From the NCBI GenBank assembly GCA_020718125.1, contig DYDC01000003.1, positions 1 through 33,542 on the forward strand: 33,542 nt of DNA, read 5' to 3'. A model generated the notes under the pieces. It saw only the letters and a list, made by a program, of their open reading frames with translations. It had not been told where the DNA came from and made no database searches. How positions within the stretch are numbered: the first letter of the stretch is position 1; every line of letters starts with the position of its first letter. This document shows positions 1 to 8,405 of this stretch, in pieces. The position numbers and the translations under genes are program-made. Source of the stretch: Methylacidiphilum sp. GTDB lineage: Bacteria > Verrucomicrobiota > Verrucomicrobiia > CAIQCK01.

Positions 1-35
1 CGTTCGGCGTAGGCGATGAGGGCTTGCAGCATCAT
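1..35 (-). CDS. cas8c: Type I-C Cas8c/Csd1, N-terminal 11 codons (runs off window edge)
   Basis: Minus strand reads ATG ATG CTG CAA GCC CTC ATC GCC TAC GCC GAA (MMLQALIAYAE), resembling Cas8c N-termini. The ATG overlaps the cas5 stop (ATGA), and the position fits the cas3-cas5-cas8c order. Confidence 0.75.
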   Translation of the reverse strand, partial: MMLQALIAYAE

Positions 36-745
36 GGGGCGCCTCCAAGTTGCTTTTTGACTTCGCTCCAGTCGGGCACTGTCAACACGCCGCCCTTGAG
101 CGCGGCGCGGAAGAAGGTGATGCGCGGGTCGGGCTTCTCGATCTTGCCGGGGTCATGCATCTGGTCGAGGTCGAACACGTCGTAGAGCATCAGGCCAAGC
201 TCAGTGTCGGGGTTCGGGTTTGGCTCGACCCGCATGGCGACCTCGTCGGCGAGTTCAAAGTGTGCGGGGAACTCGCGGCAACCGAAGCAGGGCTGGGTGA
301 AGCATTGGCCCTTCTCGGCGCGGCGCTGAAACATGGCGAGGTATTTCACGAGCGAGTCGGGACTGTCGTCCTCGTCGCCTGCGGGCGACTTGCGGCGCGG
401 TTGATTAGCCAGCGGCGTCAGTTCGAGGCCGGCCTCGATGACATACTCGACATCGCGCAACGCGAGTGTGTTCCGTTGAGTGCGATCCTCGTCTGCCAGC
501 AGCGGCTCCGGGTTGCGTGGCGACAGACGGGACTTGACCTCATTGCGCCGGAAGGCGAGGAAGCGGATCGGTTTCTTGACGGCGATGCGGCGGACGCGCC
601 AGCGGAACTGCGGCCGGTAGAGGATGGTTTCCAGCAGGCCGCGCGCGGCGCTGGGCGTGATGACCGGGTAGCTCACGCGCTCGACTTTCATTTCGGGGCG
701 GGTGAAGCAGGCGAGGTCGCCCCAGGTTCTCAGATGAACAATCAT
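32..745 (-). CDS. cas5c: Type I-C CRISPR-associated protein Cas5c (Cas5d)
   Basis: Motifs WGDLACFTRPEMKVERVSYPVITPSAARG, LRDVEYVIEA, GQCFTQPCFGCREFPAHF and LGLMLYD. Confidence 0.96.
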   Translation of the reverse strand: MIVHLRTWGDLACFTRPEMKVERVSYPVITPSAARGLLETILYRPQFRWRVRRIAVKKPIRFLAFRRNEVKSRLSPRNPEPLLADEDRTQRNTLALRDVEYVIEAGLELTPLANQPRRKSPAGDEDDSPDSLVKYLAMFQRRAEKGQCFTQPCFGCREFPAHFELADEVAMRVEPNPNPDTELGLMLYDVFDLDQMHDPGKIEKPDPRITFFRAALKGGVLTVPDWSEVKKQLGGAP

Positions 746-764
746 GGTTTCCTAAGGTTGGACA

Positions 765-2996
765 TCAGCATATCAACTCATCGGCGCCCGGATGGCAGGC
801 ACCGAGGTCGTTATCGTAGTTGGAGTTCCAGACGTAGAAGTTCCAGCCGTCGGCGGGCTGAAAGACCCAGGCTCTGGCCAGCGCGTCCAAGAACTCGCCT
901 TGGTAGAGGTTTACGGAGAACCGTTGAGCGCGGCGGCATTCGTCGGCGGTCAGGTGTTTCTCGCGGCGGAGTTTCTCGGCCAGTTCCGCGCCTTCGTCCC
1001 ATTTGACCAAGACGGCGCGCGTCTCGTCGCCAACCAGCCGGCATTCCTCAGCCGCCTTTGGAAAGTCGAACGCCTTGCTTGCGGCAAAAACTGGGTCAGC
1101 ATCGGCCGAGTCGCGACCAAGCAGCGAGTAAAGCTCGGCGAAATACTTGGCGTAGGTTTCCGGCTGATGCAACGGCGCGCCCGGATGCCGGGCCAGAAAC
1201 TCCTCGGTTTTCGCCGCGGCAACCTTGTAGGCACCGTGAGGCGTGCCGCCGTCGGCTGGGCGAAAAACAATGACCGGACGCGGTTCGGGATGGCGTCCTT
1301 CGCGGTTGCAGCGGCCCGCAGTCTGGACGATGGAATCGAGCGGACCAAGCGCCCGAAAGGCGGTCGGAAAGTCAACGTCCACACCGGCTTCGATGAGTTG
1401 AGTGGAGACGAGCCGCACGGGCAGGCCGCCAGCCAATCGCTCGCGAATGAGATTCAACTTCTCCTGACGATGCGCCGGACAAAGGCGGGCGGAGAGGTGG
1501 AAACGATTGTCTGGCGGCAACAGCCGAAACAATTCGCGCGCGTCCTTCGTGGTGTTGACGACACAGAGGGCTTGCGGATGCCCTGCAATCTTCGCCGCGA
1601 TTTCCGACCACGAGACGCGCTGGTCCGCGGCGGGCAACTCGATGCTTGTGCGGCGCATGGTTTCGGCCATCGCCGAGGGCGCGGATGAAATCTCGGTTGG
1701 TTCCCATCCGTAAGGCAACGCAGCCTTCGCAGCGGTAAAAGCCGGTTGCGTTGCGGTCATGAAGACCGCCGTGACGCCGCAGGGTTCCTGCGCCAGCAGC
1801 CGCACAGCCGACAGCAGCGACGGAACAAGCCGGGGTGGCAGCGTCTGGACTTCATCGAACAGAACCACTGAACGAGCGACGTTGTGCAGCTTGCGGCAGT
1901 CGGAGGGCCGGTTCGAAAAAAGGCTTTCAAAGAACTGGACGCTCGTGGTGACGACGAGTGGCGAGGCCCAGTTTTCGGCTGCCAACCGGGCGCGGCGCAG
2001 TCGTTCCTCCTCGGCGTCCTTGCCTTTGTCCTCCTTCCGCTCGCGCGGCGCGACGGCGCTGTGGTGTTCCAGGACGTAATCCGGCCCAAAGACCGGTTCG
2101 AACAGTTCACGGAACACACGAGCCGTCTGCTCGATGATGCTGGTGTATGGAATGACAATGATAACGCGGCGGAACCGGCGCGGATCATCGGCAGGCAGCG
2201 TCGCGTTGTGGCGGCTGATGTGTTTGAGCGCGAACGCAAGCGAACCGAGCGTCTTGCCGCTACCCGTGGGCGCGGTGAGCGTGAACAAGCCGGGCGGCTT
2301 CCCGGCAGCGGCAAGGCAGTCGGTCAAAAGTTGGCGGCGAAGTTGGTTGATGGGGCCGTCGCAGGGTTTTGCATCAAGAACGGCAAGAAGGCGATTCAAA
2401 GCCTTTGCCTCCTGCAATTGCGGCACCGAACGGGATGCAACTGCAGAAGCGTCGAAATGCCGCTCCGTGTCAAGAAAGTCAGCGTCCACAAGGCAACTGA
2501 AAAGCATCCGTGTGCGGAGTGCGTTGGCGAAATAATCTTTCGCCAATGGCGGTAACTGCGGTGGCAAAGACAGTCCGTCCGCAACAAGACGCGCGACAAG
2601 GCCGTCAATATCCTCCGCGCAGCCCGTGTGCTCCTGCCACCGGTCGGGTCGCACTGCGAGTTGCCTGGTTTGCGCAAAGTCCGTCGCCGCCGGCAGACCG
2701 GCATGATGTCCGTCCACACCATAGGCGACGAGCGCAGCCTTGAAATGTTCCATCGCGAGGACAGCGCCACTGACCCAATGGTTGATCCCGTGAATGGAAG
2801 GATTGTGAAGACGCTGCTGAAACCGCAACGCATACTTGCCGAGATCATGAAGCAGGCCCGCGACCTCGGCTTCGGCTTCCGCACCAAACACCGCGGCAAA
2901 ACCACGAGCGAGTGCGGCTACGGCGCGCAGATGCTCAGCCAGCGGCTGTGGCTCCCCGAGGTCGTTGGCGCTGTGTGCCAGATAGGTTGCAGACAC
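765..2996 (-). CDS. cas3: CRISPR-associated HD nuclease/helicase Cas3
   Basis: HD domain (LAEHL, HDLGK, GHH, LVDADFLD) followed by SF2 helicase motifs (APTGSGKT, DEVQ, MTATQP, STQLIEAGVDVDF, QTAGRCNR). GTG start is preceded by AAGGAGGT. Confidence 0.97.
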   Translation of the reverse strand: MSATYLAHSANDLGEPQPLAEHLRAVAALARGFAAVFGAEAEAEVAGLLHDLGKYALRFQQRLHNPSIHGINHWVSGAVLAMEHFKAALVAYGVDGHHAGLPAATDFAQTRQLAVRPDRWQEHTGCAEDIDGLVARLVADGLSLPPQLPPLAKDYFANALRTRMLFSCLVDADFLDTERHFDASAVASRSVPQLQEAKALNRLLAVLDAKPCDGPINQLRRQLLTDCLAAAGKPPGLFTLTAPTGSGKTLGSLAFALKHISRHNATLPADDPRRFRRVIIVIPYTSIIEQTARVFRELFEPVFGPDYVLEHHSAVAPRERKEDKGKDAEEERLRRARLAAENWASPLVVTTSVQFFESLFSNRPSDCRKLHNVARSVVLFDEVQTLPPRLVPSLLSAVRLLAQEPCGVTAVFMTATQPAFTAAKAALPYGWEPTEISSAPSAMAETMRRTSIELPAADQRVSWSEIAAKIAGHPQALCVVNTTKDARELFRLLPPDNRFHLSARLCPAHRQEKLNLIRERLAGGLPVRLVSTQLIEAGVDVDFPTAFRALGPLDSIVQTAGRCNREGRHPEPRPVIVFRPADGGTPHGAYKVAAAKTEEFLARHPGAPLHQPETYAKYFAELYSLLGRDSADADPVFAASKAFDFPKAAEECRLVGDETRAVLVKWDEGAELAEKLRREKHLTADECRRAQRFSVNLYQGEFLDALARAWVFQPADGWNFYVWNSNYDNDLGACHPGADELIC

Positions 2997-3033
2997 GACA
3001 CCTCCTTCGGTTCCCGTCTCTCGTTATGGGCGC

Positions 3034-3061
3034 ATCATACCCCGGCGAGCCTTGAAGACAA
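3034..3061 (-). promoter_or_regulatory. Putative sigma70 promoter for the cas operon
   Basis: Minus strand TTGTCT-N16-TATGAT, about 40 bp upstream of the cas3 start. Confidence 0.45.
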
Positions 3062-3165
3062 CCCTGTTGTTCGGAGTTGCCGCTGTCGTTTGACACGCCC
3101 CCTCGCGGCTGTCAAAACTCTTTAGGGCGCTGTCGGAACTCGGGCGCAACTTGACACCCGCGCCA

Positions 3166-3296
3166 AGTCCCGAAAGGGACGGTCGAGAATAGCCCGGCGT
3201 TTCAACGCTGGGTGGGCTGGCAACAAGGGACAAGACCCGTCAGGGGCGGCAGAATCCGACTCATGCAACGCGGCCTTCTGTCGTCCCTACGGGACT
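3166..3296. repeat. REP-like composite palindromic element
   Basis: AGTCCCGAAAGGGACGG (3166) and AGACCCGTCAGGGGCGGCAGA (3233) are imperfect inverted copies of TCTGTCGTCCCTACGGGACT (3277-3296). An internal hairpin, AGCCCGGCGTTTCAACGCTGGGT, lies at 3191-3213. Confidence 0.7.
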
Positions 3297-3480
3297 CTGC
3301 CATCACGGGCGGCTGTTTCTTGCTCAGCGTGCCGCTGACCGTCCGGCGGTCTGCGGTTCGCCGCGCCCTATGGCCGATGCGCGACGTTTGTATGTCCCCG
3401 GCGTAGAAAAGGCAAGCGGAACGAAGGGGATCCACAAACTCCTCGCCAAATTCGCGGCAGGGCGGTAATTTTCGCCCGTC

Positions 3481-3720
3481 ATGACAAAGCTGACGGCCCA
3501 TTTCGACGGACGAGTGTTGGTGCCGGAGCGTCCGGTGAGTTTGCCGACGGATTGCCTGCTCGAAGTGCGGGTAACACCGCTGCCACCGGATGCCCGCGCT
3601 GAATCTCCGCTGTCGAAACTGGCTGCGCTGGCGCGGCGGTTTCCTGCCAATCCCCAGTCGCCCGGCGACGCCGCTGCTCAACATGACCACTACCTCTACG
3701 GCACGTCCAAGAAGGCATGA
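3481..3720 (+). CDS. Putative antitoxin (DUF104/AF2212-like, VapB role)
   Basis: 79 aa with AHFDGRVLVPERPV at the N-terminus and QHDHYLYG at the C-terminus. Its stop overlaps (ATGA) the start of a PIN-domain gene. Confidence 0.8.
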   Translation: MTKLTAHFDGRVLVPERPVSLPTDCLLEVRVTPLPPDARAESPLSKLAALARRFPANPQSPGDAAAQHDHYLYGTSKKA

Positions 3721-4120
3721 TCCTGCTCGACACCGGCTACCTGATCGCCTTGTTCGATGCCAACGATGCGTTGCACGACCGGGCGATGGCTTGGTCAGAA
3801 CGGATTGACGAACCGTTGTTGGTAACCGAGCATGTGCTGTGGGAAACCGTGAACTATTTCTCCTCCCCCGCCGACCGTTCAAAGGCTCACGCGCTAATCG
3901 AGCACATCCGTTCCGAACCCGCTTGTGAAATCGTATGGCAAACGCCGGATTATTCGAGGCAGGACTGGCGCTGCATCGGGCGCGGCCGGACAAATTCTGG
4001 TCCCTGACCGACTGCATTTCGTTTGTGGTGATGCGGGAGCGCGGCATCCGCCGCGCGCTGGCGTTCGATCAGGATTTCGAGCAAGCAGGCTTTGAGGCGC
4101 TCCTGCGTCGCGACCCTTGA
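3717..4120 (+). pseudogene. vapC: VapC-family PIN-domain toxin, frameshifted
   Basis: The N-half (ILLDTGYLIAL, TEHVLWE) and C-half (DKFWSLTDCISFVVMRERGI..AFDQDFEQAGF) are in different frames. Adding one G at 3937-3938 (TGG GCA) joins them into a ~134 aa PIN protein. Confidence 0.88.
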
Positions 4121-4224
4121 AATCCCCGGCTGCGGTGAAGCCGTGTTTCGCCGCGCCTTCTGACTGAGGTGCGTCATGGATTTGGAGCTTCCCTCCGCGC
4201 GCGGGTTTGTGGCTTACTAGCGCC

Positions 4225-5397
4225 ATGAAAACTTCCAACTGGTTCCGCATCGCAGTCGGCATGTTGTTCCTGGTCGCGTCGTTCATCCACGGAGAATCCG
4301 CCATGGCTTCAGATTCCTACATCGTTTATTTCGGCACCTACACTCGCTCTGGCGCGAGCAAGGGCATTTACACCTGCCGGCTCGACGCCGACACGGGCAG
4401 GCTCAGCGCGCCCGAACTGGCCGCCGAGACAACCAACCCGTCGTTCGTCGCCATTCATCCCAATCGCCGCTTCCTCTATGCGGTTGGCGAGACGGGGACG
4501 TTCGCCGGCAAACAGACCGGCGCGGTGAGCGCGTTTGCCATTGATCGGGCGACGGCGAAGCTGACGCTGCTGAACAAACAGTCCACCGGCGGTCCCGGCC
4601 CGTGCCACGTGAGCGTGGATCACACGGGCAAGTGTGTGCTCGTGGCCAACTACGGCGGCGGCAGTTGCGCGTCGCTGCCGATCGAGGACGACGGCTCGCT
4701 TGGCGAGGCCGGGTCGGTCATTCAGCATGAAGGTTCCAGCATCAACCCGAAGCGCCAGGCCGGACCGCACGCGCACTCGACCAATGTCTCGCTCGACAAC
4801 CGTTTCGCTTTCGTCGCCGATCTGGGTCTCGACAAGGTGATGATCTACAAGCTCGATCCGGCGAAAGCGACGTTGACGCCGAACGATCCGCCGTTCGCGA
4901 CCGTGCCGCCCGGCTCCGGGCCGCGGCATTTCGCGTTTCATCCGAGCGGGAAGTTCGCCTGCGTCATCAACGAGATGCTCTGCACGGTCACCGCGTTCAG
5001 CTACGACGCGGATCGGGGCGCGCTGACGGCCATCGAGACCGTCTCGACGCTGCCGAAGGGCGAGAGTGTTCAGCCCGGTTACAGCACCGCCGAGGTGCAG
5101 GCGCATCGGAGCGGCAAGTTCCTCTACGGTTCCAACCGCGGCCACGACACGATCGCCGTGTTCACGATTGATCAGGGCAGCGGCAAACTCGCGCTCGTCC
5201 AGAACGAGCCGACGCGGGGCAAGATTCCCCGCAACTTCGGCATTGACCCGACTGGTAAATGGTTGCTGGCGGCGCACCAAAACAGCGACAACGTCGTCGC
5301 CTTCTCCATCGACCCGGAGACCGGCAAGCTCAAGCCGACCGGGCAGAGCATCCCGGTCGCCGCGTCGGTGTGCGTGAAGTTTATGAAGGCGGAGTGA
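4225..5397 (+). CDS. pgl: Lactonase family beta-propeller (6-phosphogluconolactonase-like)
   Basis: Motifs YFGTYT, NPSF, GPCHVSVD, VANYGGG, RQAGPHAH, ADLGLD, GSGPRH, SNRGHD, PRNF. A probable signal peptide follows ATG 4225; an alternative start at 4303 has a GGAGA RBS. Confidence 0.9.
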   Translation: MKTSNWFRIAVGMLFLVASFIHGESAMASDSYIVYFGTYTRSGASKGIYTCRLDADTGRLSAPELAAETTNPSFVAIHPNRRFLYAVGETGTFAGKQTGAVSAFAIDRATAKLTLLNKQSTGGPGPCHVSVDHTGKCVLVANYGGGSCASLPIEDDGSLGEAGSVIQHEGSSINPKRQAGPHAHSTNVSLDNRFAFVADLGLDKVMIYKLDPAKATLTPNDPPFATVPPGSGPRHFAFHPSGKFACVINEMLCTVTAFSYDADRGALTAIETVSTLPKGESVQPGYSTAEVQAHRSGKFLYGSNRGHDTIAVFTIDQGSGKLALVQNEPTRGKIPRNFGIDPTGKWLLAAHQNSDNVVAFSIDPETGKLKPTGQSIPVAASVCVKFMKAE

Positions 5398-5466
5398 CGG
5401 AGAGAACCCGGAAGGGCGTGGTCCGCAGAGCGCCGCCCGCTTCCTGACGGGTTTTCCTGATGCTGC

Positions 5467-5630
5467 ATGAGCGAGCCGGCTTTATTGCGAATCCACGCCT
5501 TCATCCCCCGCAGCCGGGCCAACGGGCCGGGGACGCGCGCGGTGGTTTGGACGCAGGGTTGCTCGCTGGGATGCCCCGGTTGTTTCAATCCCGCGACACA
5601 CCCGTTTGACGGCGGCGAATTGGTTTCCGG
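5467..5630 (+). pseudogene. Truncated NrdG-like radical SAM activase (4Fe-4S single cluster domain) remnant
   Basis: SRANGPGTRAVVWTQGCSLGCPGCFNPATH carries CxxxCxxC. Family-like sequence stops after ~54 aa with no GGEP motif. The ORF continues to 5832 as unrelated sequence. Confidence 0.75.
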
Positions 5631-5806
5631 GCGAGAGTCTGTTCTCCAAAGGATGCTGATTGTGATTCTGGGCCACCGAAGGCGATTCCGCAAGGTTTGG
5701 ACGGAAAACTCTCAACTGCCCGGGCATCCCGGCGAGTATCCAGCCGGTGTTCACCCCAAGGTCAACACCGGCGTCACGTCTCCGCACATCCGATGTGCTC
5801 GCGCTC

Positions 5807-7159
5807 TCAGAGTTTTACCTGCGCGATCTTGATGCCGCGGCGGAGGAACGTGGGCAGGTCAAGGTCTTCGCCGTCATAAACGGTCGGCTCGATCTTGTCG
5901 AACCGGCCCTTGATGTTGACATCGAGGCCGAGGGTCTGTTGCTTGGCGCGCTCGCGCTTGCCGGTGGCGGCCTTGCCGGCCACGCGATCGAGGAATCGCG
6001 CGACGGGACGAGGAGTCGAGCCTGCCGCCACTGGAGGAGCGGGAGCAGGGAGCGTGACAACAGGCTCGCTTGGGGATTTTTCAACGAAGGGGGATGCGGC
6101 CAGATCGCGCTCGGACGGCAGCGGACTGGTGACGGCGGCGCCCGGCGCGCCGCGCGAGGCGACGACCAGCATCGAGAGTCTTCCGGTAAAGTTCTCGTCA
6201 ATCGCCGCGCCCATGAAGATGTGCGGGTTCAGCGTGGCTTTCTTGCGGATGGCGGAGACGGCGCGCTGGACTTCCGCGAGGCCGAGATCGGGACCACCCA
6301 CGAGGCTGACGAGAATGGTCTCCGCCTCGGCGATGATCGCGCCGCCATCGAGCAGCGGGCTGTTGAGCGCCGCGAACGCCGCCGCGGACGCCTTGTCGTC
6401 GCCCTGCCCTTCCCCGATGCCAAACACGGTCCCGTCGTGCCGGCCTTCGAGGGCGCGGCGCAGGTCGTTGAAGTCGAGATTGATGAGGCCTGGCTTGGTC
6501 AGCATCCGCCAGATGCCGCGCACGCCGTCGGCCAGCAGGTCGTCGGCGACACGGAACGCGTCGAGCACGGTGGCGTGTTCTCCAGCCAGCCCAAACAGTT
6601 TGTCATTCGGCACGCACACGACCGCGTCGGCCACGCGCTTGAGTTCGTCGAGGCCGGCGGCGGCCTGGTCGCGGCGGCGGTCGCCCTCAAACTCGAACGG
6701 CAGCGTCACAAACCCCAGCGTGAGCGCGCCGGCCTGTTTCGCCATCTGGGCGATGAACGGGCTGGCGCCGGTGCCGGTGCCACCGCCGAGGCCGGCGGCG
6801 ATGAAAACGAGATCGGTGCTCTTGACCAGTTCCGCGACGCGGTCGCGGTCCTCCATCGCGGCCTTCCGGCCAACGCCGGGGTCGCCGCCCGCGCCGAGGC
6901 CGAAGGTGGTCTTGATGCCCAACTGGAATTTCTCCCCGCAGAGCGACATGGAGAGCGACTGCGAGTCGGTGTTGATGGCAACGAGATGCGGCACGCCGCC
7001 CCCGGATTGGTTCTCCGCGGCGTCGGCCGGGCGCAGTCCGTCCATGGCGATGCGATCCACGGCGTTGCAGCCCGCGCCGCCGACGCCCAGGACCAGAATC
7101 CGGACATTTTTCTCGCGCACGCTCATGGCACTTTCCTCCGATGGCTTGCTGTGGTTCAT
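5807..7159 (-). CDS. ftsZ: Cell division protein FtsZ
   Basis: GVGGAGCN, GLGAGG, GGGTGTG signature, T7 loop GLINLDFND and C-terminal LDLPTFLRR. The start could be ~10 codons later (MSVREK). Confidence 0.98.
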   Translation of the reverse strand: MNHSKPSEESAMSVREKNVRILVLGVGGAGCNAVDRIAMDGLRPADAAENQSGGGVPHLVAINTDSQSLSMSLCGEKFQLGIKTTFGLGAGGDPGVGRKAAMEDRDRVAELVKSTDLVFIAAGLGGGTGTGASPFIAQMAKQAGALTLGFVTLPFEFEGDRRRDQAAAGLDELKRVADAVVCVPNDKLFGLAGEHATVLDAFRVADDLLADGVRGIWRMLTKPGLINLDFNDLRRALEGRHDGTVFGIGEGQGDDKASAAAFAALNSPLLDGGAIIAEAETILVSLVGGPDLGLAEVQRAVSAIRKKATLNPHIFMGAAIDENFTGRLSMLVVASRGAPGAAVTSPLPSERDLAASPFVEKSPSEPVVTLPAPAPPVAAGSTPRPVARFLDRVAGKAATGKRERAKQQTLGLDVNIKGRFDKIEPTVYDGEDLDLPTFLRRGIKIAQVKL

Positions 7160-7172
7160 CTGGCTCCGTTGC

Positions 7173-8405
7173 TCAGAACATCCGCATCTTGCTGATCAAC
7201 CCGTAAATCGTGCGACTGATCAGGTTGCTGGCCGTTTCCCGCTTCTTCGGCGGCCCCATCTGGATCGCGCCGAACCGCGTGATGCCGATGGGGGCGGCGT
7301 ATTCGGGCCGGTCCAGCGTGGCGGTCAGTCCCATCACGGTCTGCGACGAGCCGATCTGCGCCTGCAGGCCGAACACGTCCGCCGCCAGGTCCTTGATGCC
7401 GCGCACGTGGGCGCAGCCGCCGACGAGGAACACGCCCGCGCCGAGCAGTTCGCCGACGCCCGACTTGTCCAATTCGCGCTTGACCAGTTCCAGCGTCTCT
7501 TCGACGCGCAGTTCCATGATCTGGCAGAGGTGGTCCTTGAAGATGACGTTGGAGCCGATGCTGATCTCGCCGGAGAGCGAGAGGACCTTGCCTTTCATCG
7601 TCTCATCGAGCGCGACGGTGCCGTGCTCCACCTTCAGGCGCTCGGCGCGGCTGCACGGGATTTTCAGGCCGAGCGAAATGTCGTTGGAAATGTGGTCGCC
7701 GCCGACGGCGATGACGCCGCTGTGCTTGATCGCGCCGCCGACGTAGATGACGAAGTCGGTCGTGCCGCCGCCCATGTCAATCACCAGCGCGCCCTGCTGG
7801 CGTTGCTCGTCGCCCAGCACCGCCAGCGCCGCCGCGAAGCCGTTGAACACGACCTCGTTGACCTCCAGAGGCGGGATGGAACGGATGCACTTGATAAGGT
7901 TCTGCGTGCGGTTGCGGCCGCCGTGGATGACGTGCACGTCCGCCGCAAGCCGCGCGCCGAGCATGCCGAGCGGGTTCACCACGCCTTCCTGCCCGTCCAC
8001 GTAGTAATGCTGGCAGAGCGAGTGGAGGATGGCGTTCTCCGGCGGGACGTTGATGGCGCGGGCGTTCCGGACGGCCGACTCGACATCCGCCTCGCCGATT
8101 TCCCCGCCCTCGCCCTGCACTGGCACGATGCCGCGGTTGTTGAAGCTGCGGATATGCGAACCGCTCACGCCGGCATAGACGGAGCGGATCTCGACACCGG
8201 CCGAGTTCTCGGCCGCGGCGACGGATTGGTGGACGCACTGCACGGCGGTCTCGAGGTCCACGACCTCGGCCTTGCGCACGCCGCGCGCGGGGCATTCGCC
8301 GATGCCGATGATGGCGAGCGCGCCGTCGTCGCGTTGTTCGCCAACGACGGCGCAGATTTTCGAGGTGCCGATTTCCAGACCGACGACGATGCGGGAGCGG
8401 CTCAT
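7173..8405 (-). CDS. ftsA: Cell division protein FtsA
   Basis: VGLEIGTSKI, IDMGGGTTD, VGGDHISNDI, AERLK. ATG 8405 overlaps the ftsQ stop (ATGA). Confidence 0.96.
   Translation of the reverse strand: MSRSRIVVGLEIGTSKICAVVGEQRDDGALAIIGIGECPARGVRKAEVVDLETAVQCVHQSVAAAENSAGVEIRSVYAGVSGSHIRSFNNRGIVPVQGEGGEIGEADVESAVRNARAINVPPENAILHSLCQHYYVDGQEGVVNPLGMLGARLAADVHVIHGGRNRTQNLIKCIRSIPPLEVNEVVFNGFAAALAVLGDEQRQQGALVIDMGGGTTDFVIYVGGAIKHSGVIAVGGDHISNDISLGLKIPCSRAERLKVEHGTVALDETMKGKVLSLSGEISIGSNVIFKDHLCQIMELRVEETLELVKRELDKSGVGELLGAGVFLVGGCAHVRGIKDLAADVFGLQAQIGSSQTVMGLTATLDRPEYAAPIGITRFGAIQMGPPKKRETASNLISRTIYGLISKMRMF

Noticed and set aside
3199-3224. Minus-strand GTTGCCAGCCCACCCAGCGTTGAAAC looks like a lone CRISPR repeat (possible CreA/scaRNA-like regulator) upstream of cas3
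   Set aside because: Only 26 bp, no second copy, and the TTGAAAC is explained by the REP hairpin CCCGGCGTTTCAACGCTGGG. Revisit only if it matches the native repeat.
3930-3945. Programmed frameshift in vapC
   Set aside because: No canonical slippery heptamer at the junction; a single-base deletion is simpler.
5582-5591. GTTTCAATCC, reverse complement of a CRISPR repeat end
   Set aside because: It encodes the conserved CFNP of the radical SAM motif and has no repeat partner.
5743-5772. Hairpin GCCGGTGTT..AACACCGGC downstream of ftsZ as an intrinsic terminator
   Set aside because: The stem is real but there is no U-tract on either strand, so it is not called as a terminator.
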